A stretch of DNA of 64,000 nt from the human T2T-CHM13v2.0 reference genome, Homo sapiens. Below, one piece after another: positions 63,782 to 64,000 of this stretch. Made by a program: the position numbers and the translations under genes. Within the stretch, counting starts at the first letter, position 1; each line of letters opens with the position of its first letter. Where the stretch lies: assembly GCF_009914755.1 (NCBI RefSeq), contig NC_060928.1. The stretch is one strand, 5' to 3'. Below the pieces are notes generated by a model. That model was given only the letters and a program-made list of their open reading frames with translations, made no database searches and had not been told where the DNA came from.

Positions 63782-64000
63782 TGTCAGGGGAATTCCTACA
63801 AGGGGTGTCCCCACACGAAGCTGAGATGGAGCTGGTTGGGATTCCAAAGAAAGAAGCAATAAATGCCAGGGTAATCGGCCCAAAGCATTTATTAGGGGAA
63901 CCTAATTACAGAGTGCTGCATTAATCCTTGTGACAGACAGTGAGAGAAAAAGGATATTTTACTTAGGTATGTCTGCAGAGCGGGGGTCAGGGTACAGAGT
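63782..64000 (-). mobile_element. Probable ERVL LTR fragment, truncated by the window edge
   Basis: Starts tgtcagggg; minus-strand AATAAA (catttatt) about 105 nt in, typical of an antisense LTR 3' end. Confidence 0.4.

Overview
Eukaryotic (human/primate) genomic DNA, recognisable as the MTTP–C4orf54 locus (human 4q23, from recall of the two proteins). The + strand carries the last eight coding exons of MTTP, the microsomal triglyceride transfer protein large subunit (exons 11-18, 2180-18277). All introns are GT-AG and in phase, and the 3' UTR runs to about 19430. The - strand carries C4orf54, convergent with MTTP, with its whole 1793-codon ORF (50084-44703) in one giant GC/CpG-rich exon. I infer a non-coding first exon (~53260-52931), an ~8 kb intron starting 36 nt after the stop, and a ~4.7 kb terminal 3' UTR exon (36625-~31958). 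The rest is repeat-rich intronic and intergenic DNA: Alus, L1/L2/MIR, MER2/MER5A/MER33/MER58A DNA transposons, MLT1 and an LTR18-like solo LTR, and microsatellites. The most interesting signals concern the poorly characterised C4orf54. (1) It has calcineurin docking motifs (PVISIT, NYLTIP, RLFVP) plus blocks shared with CEFIP/C10orf71 and PROB1, suggesting a striated-muscle calcineurin scaffold. (2) Its leader has a 43-aa single-transmembrane uORF resembling SERCA-regulin micropeptides. (3) It has MEF2/E-box/GATA/MCAT/CArG-like muscle regulatory modules. (4) Its 3' UTR contains a duplicated ~65-bp poly(A)-signal-bearing cassette. No prokaryotic-type features (CRISPR, rRNA, tRNA) were seen. Repeat subfamily names are from recall of consensus sequences, not from a search.
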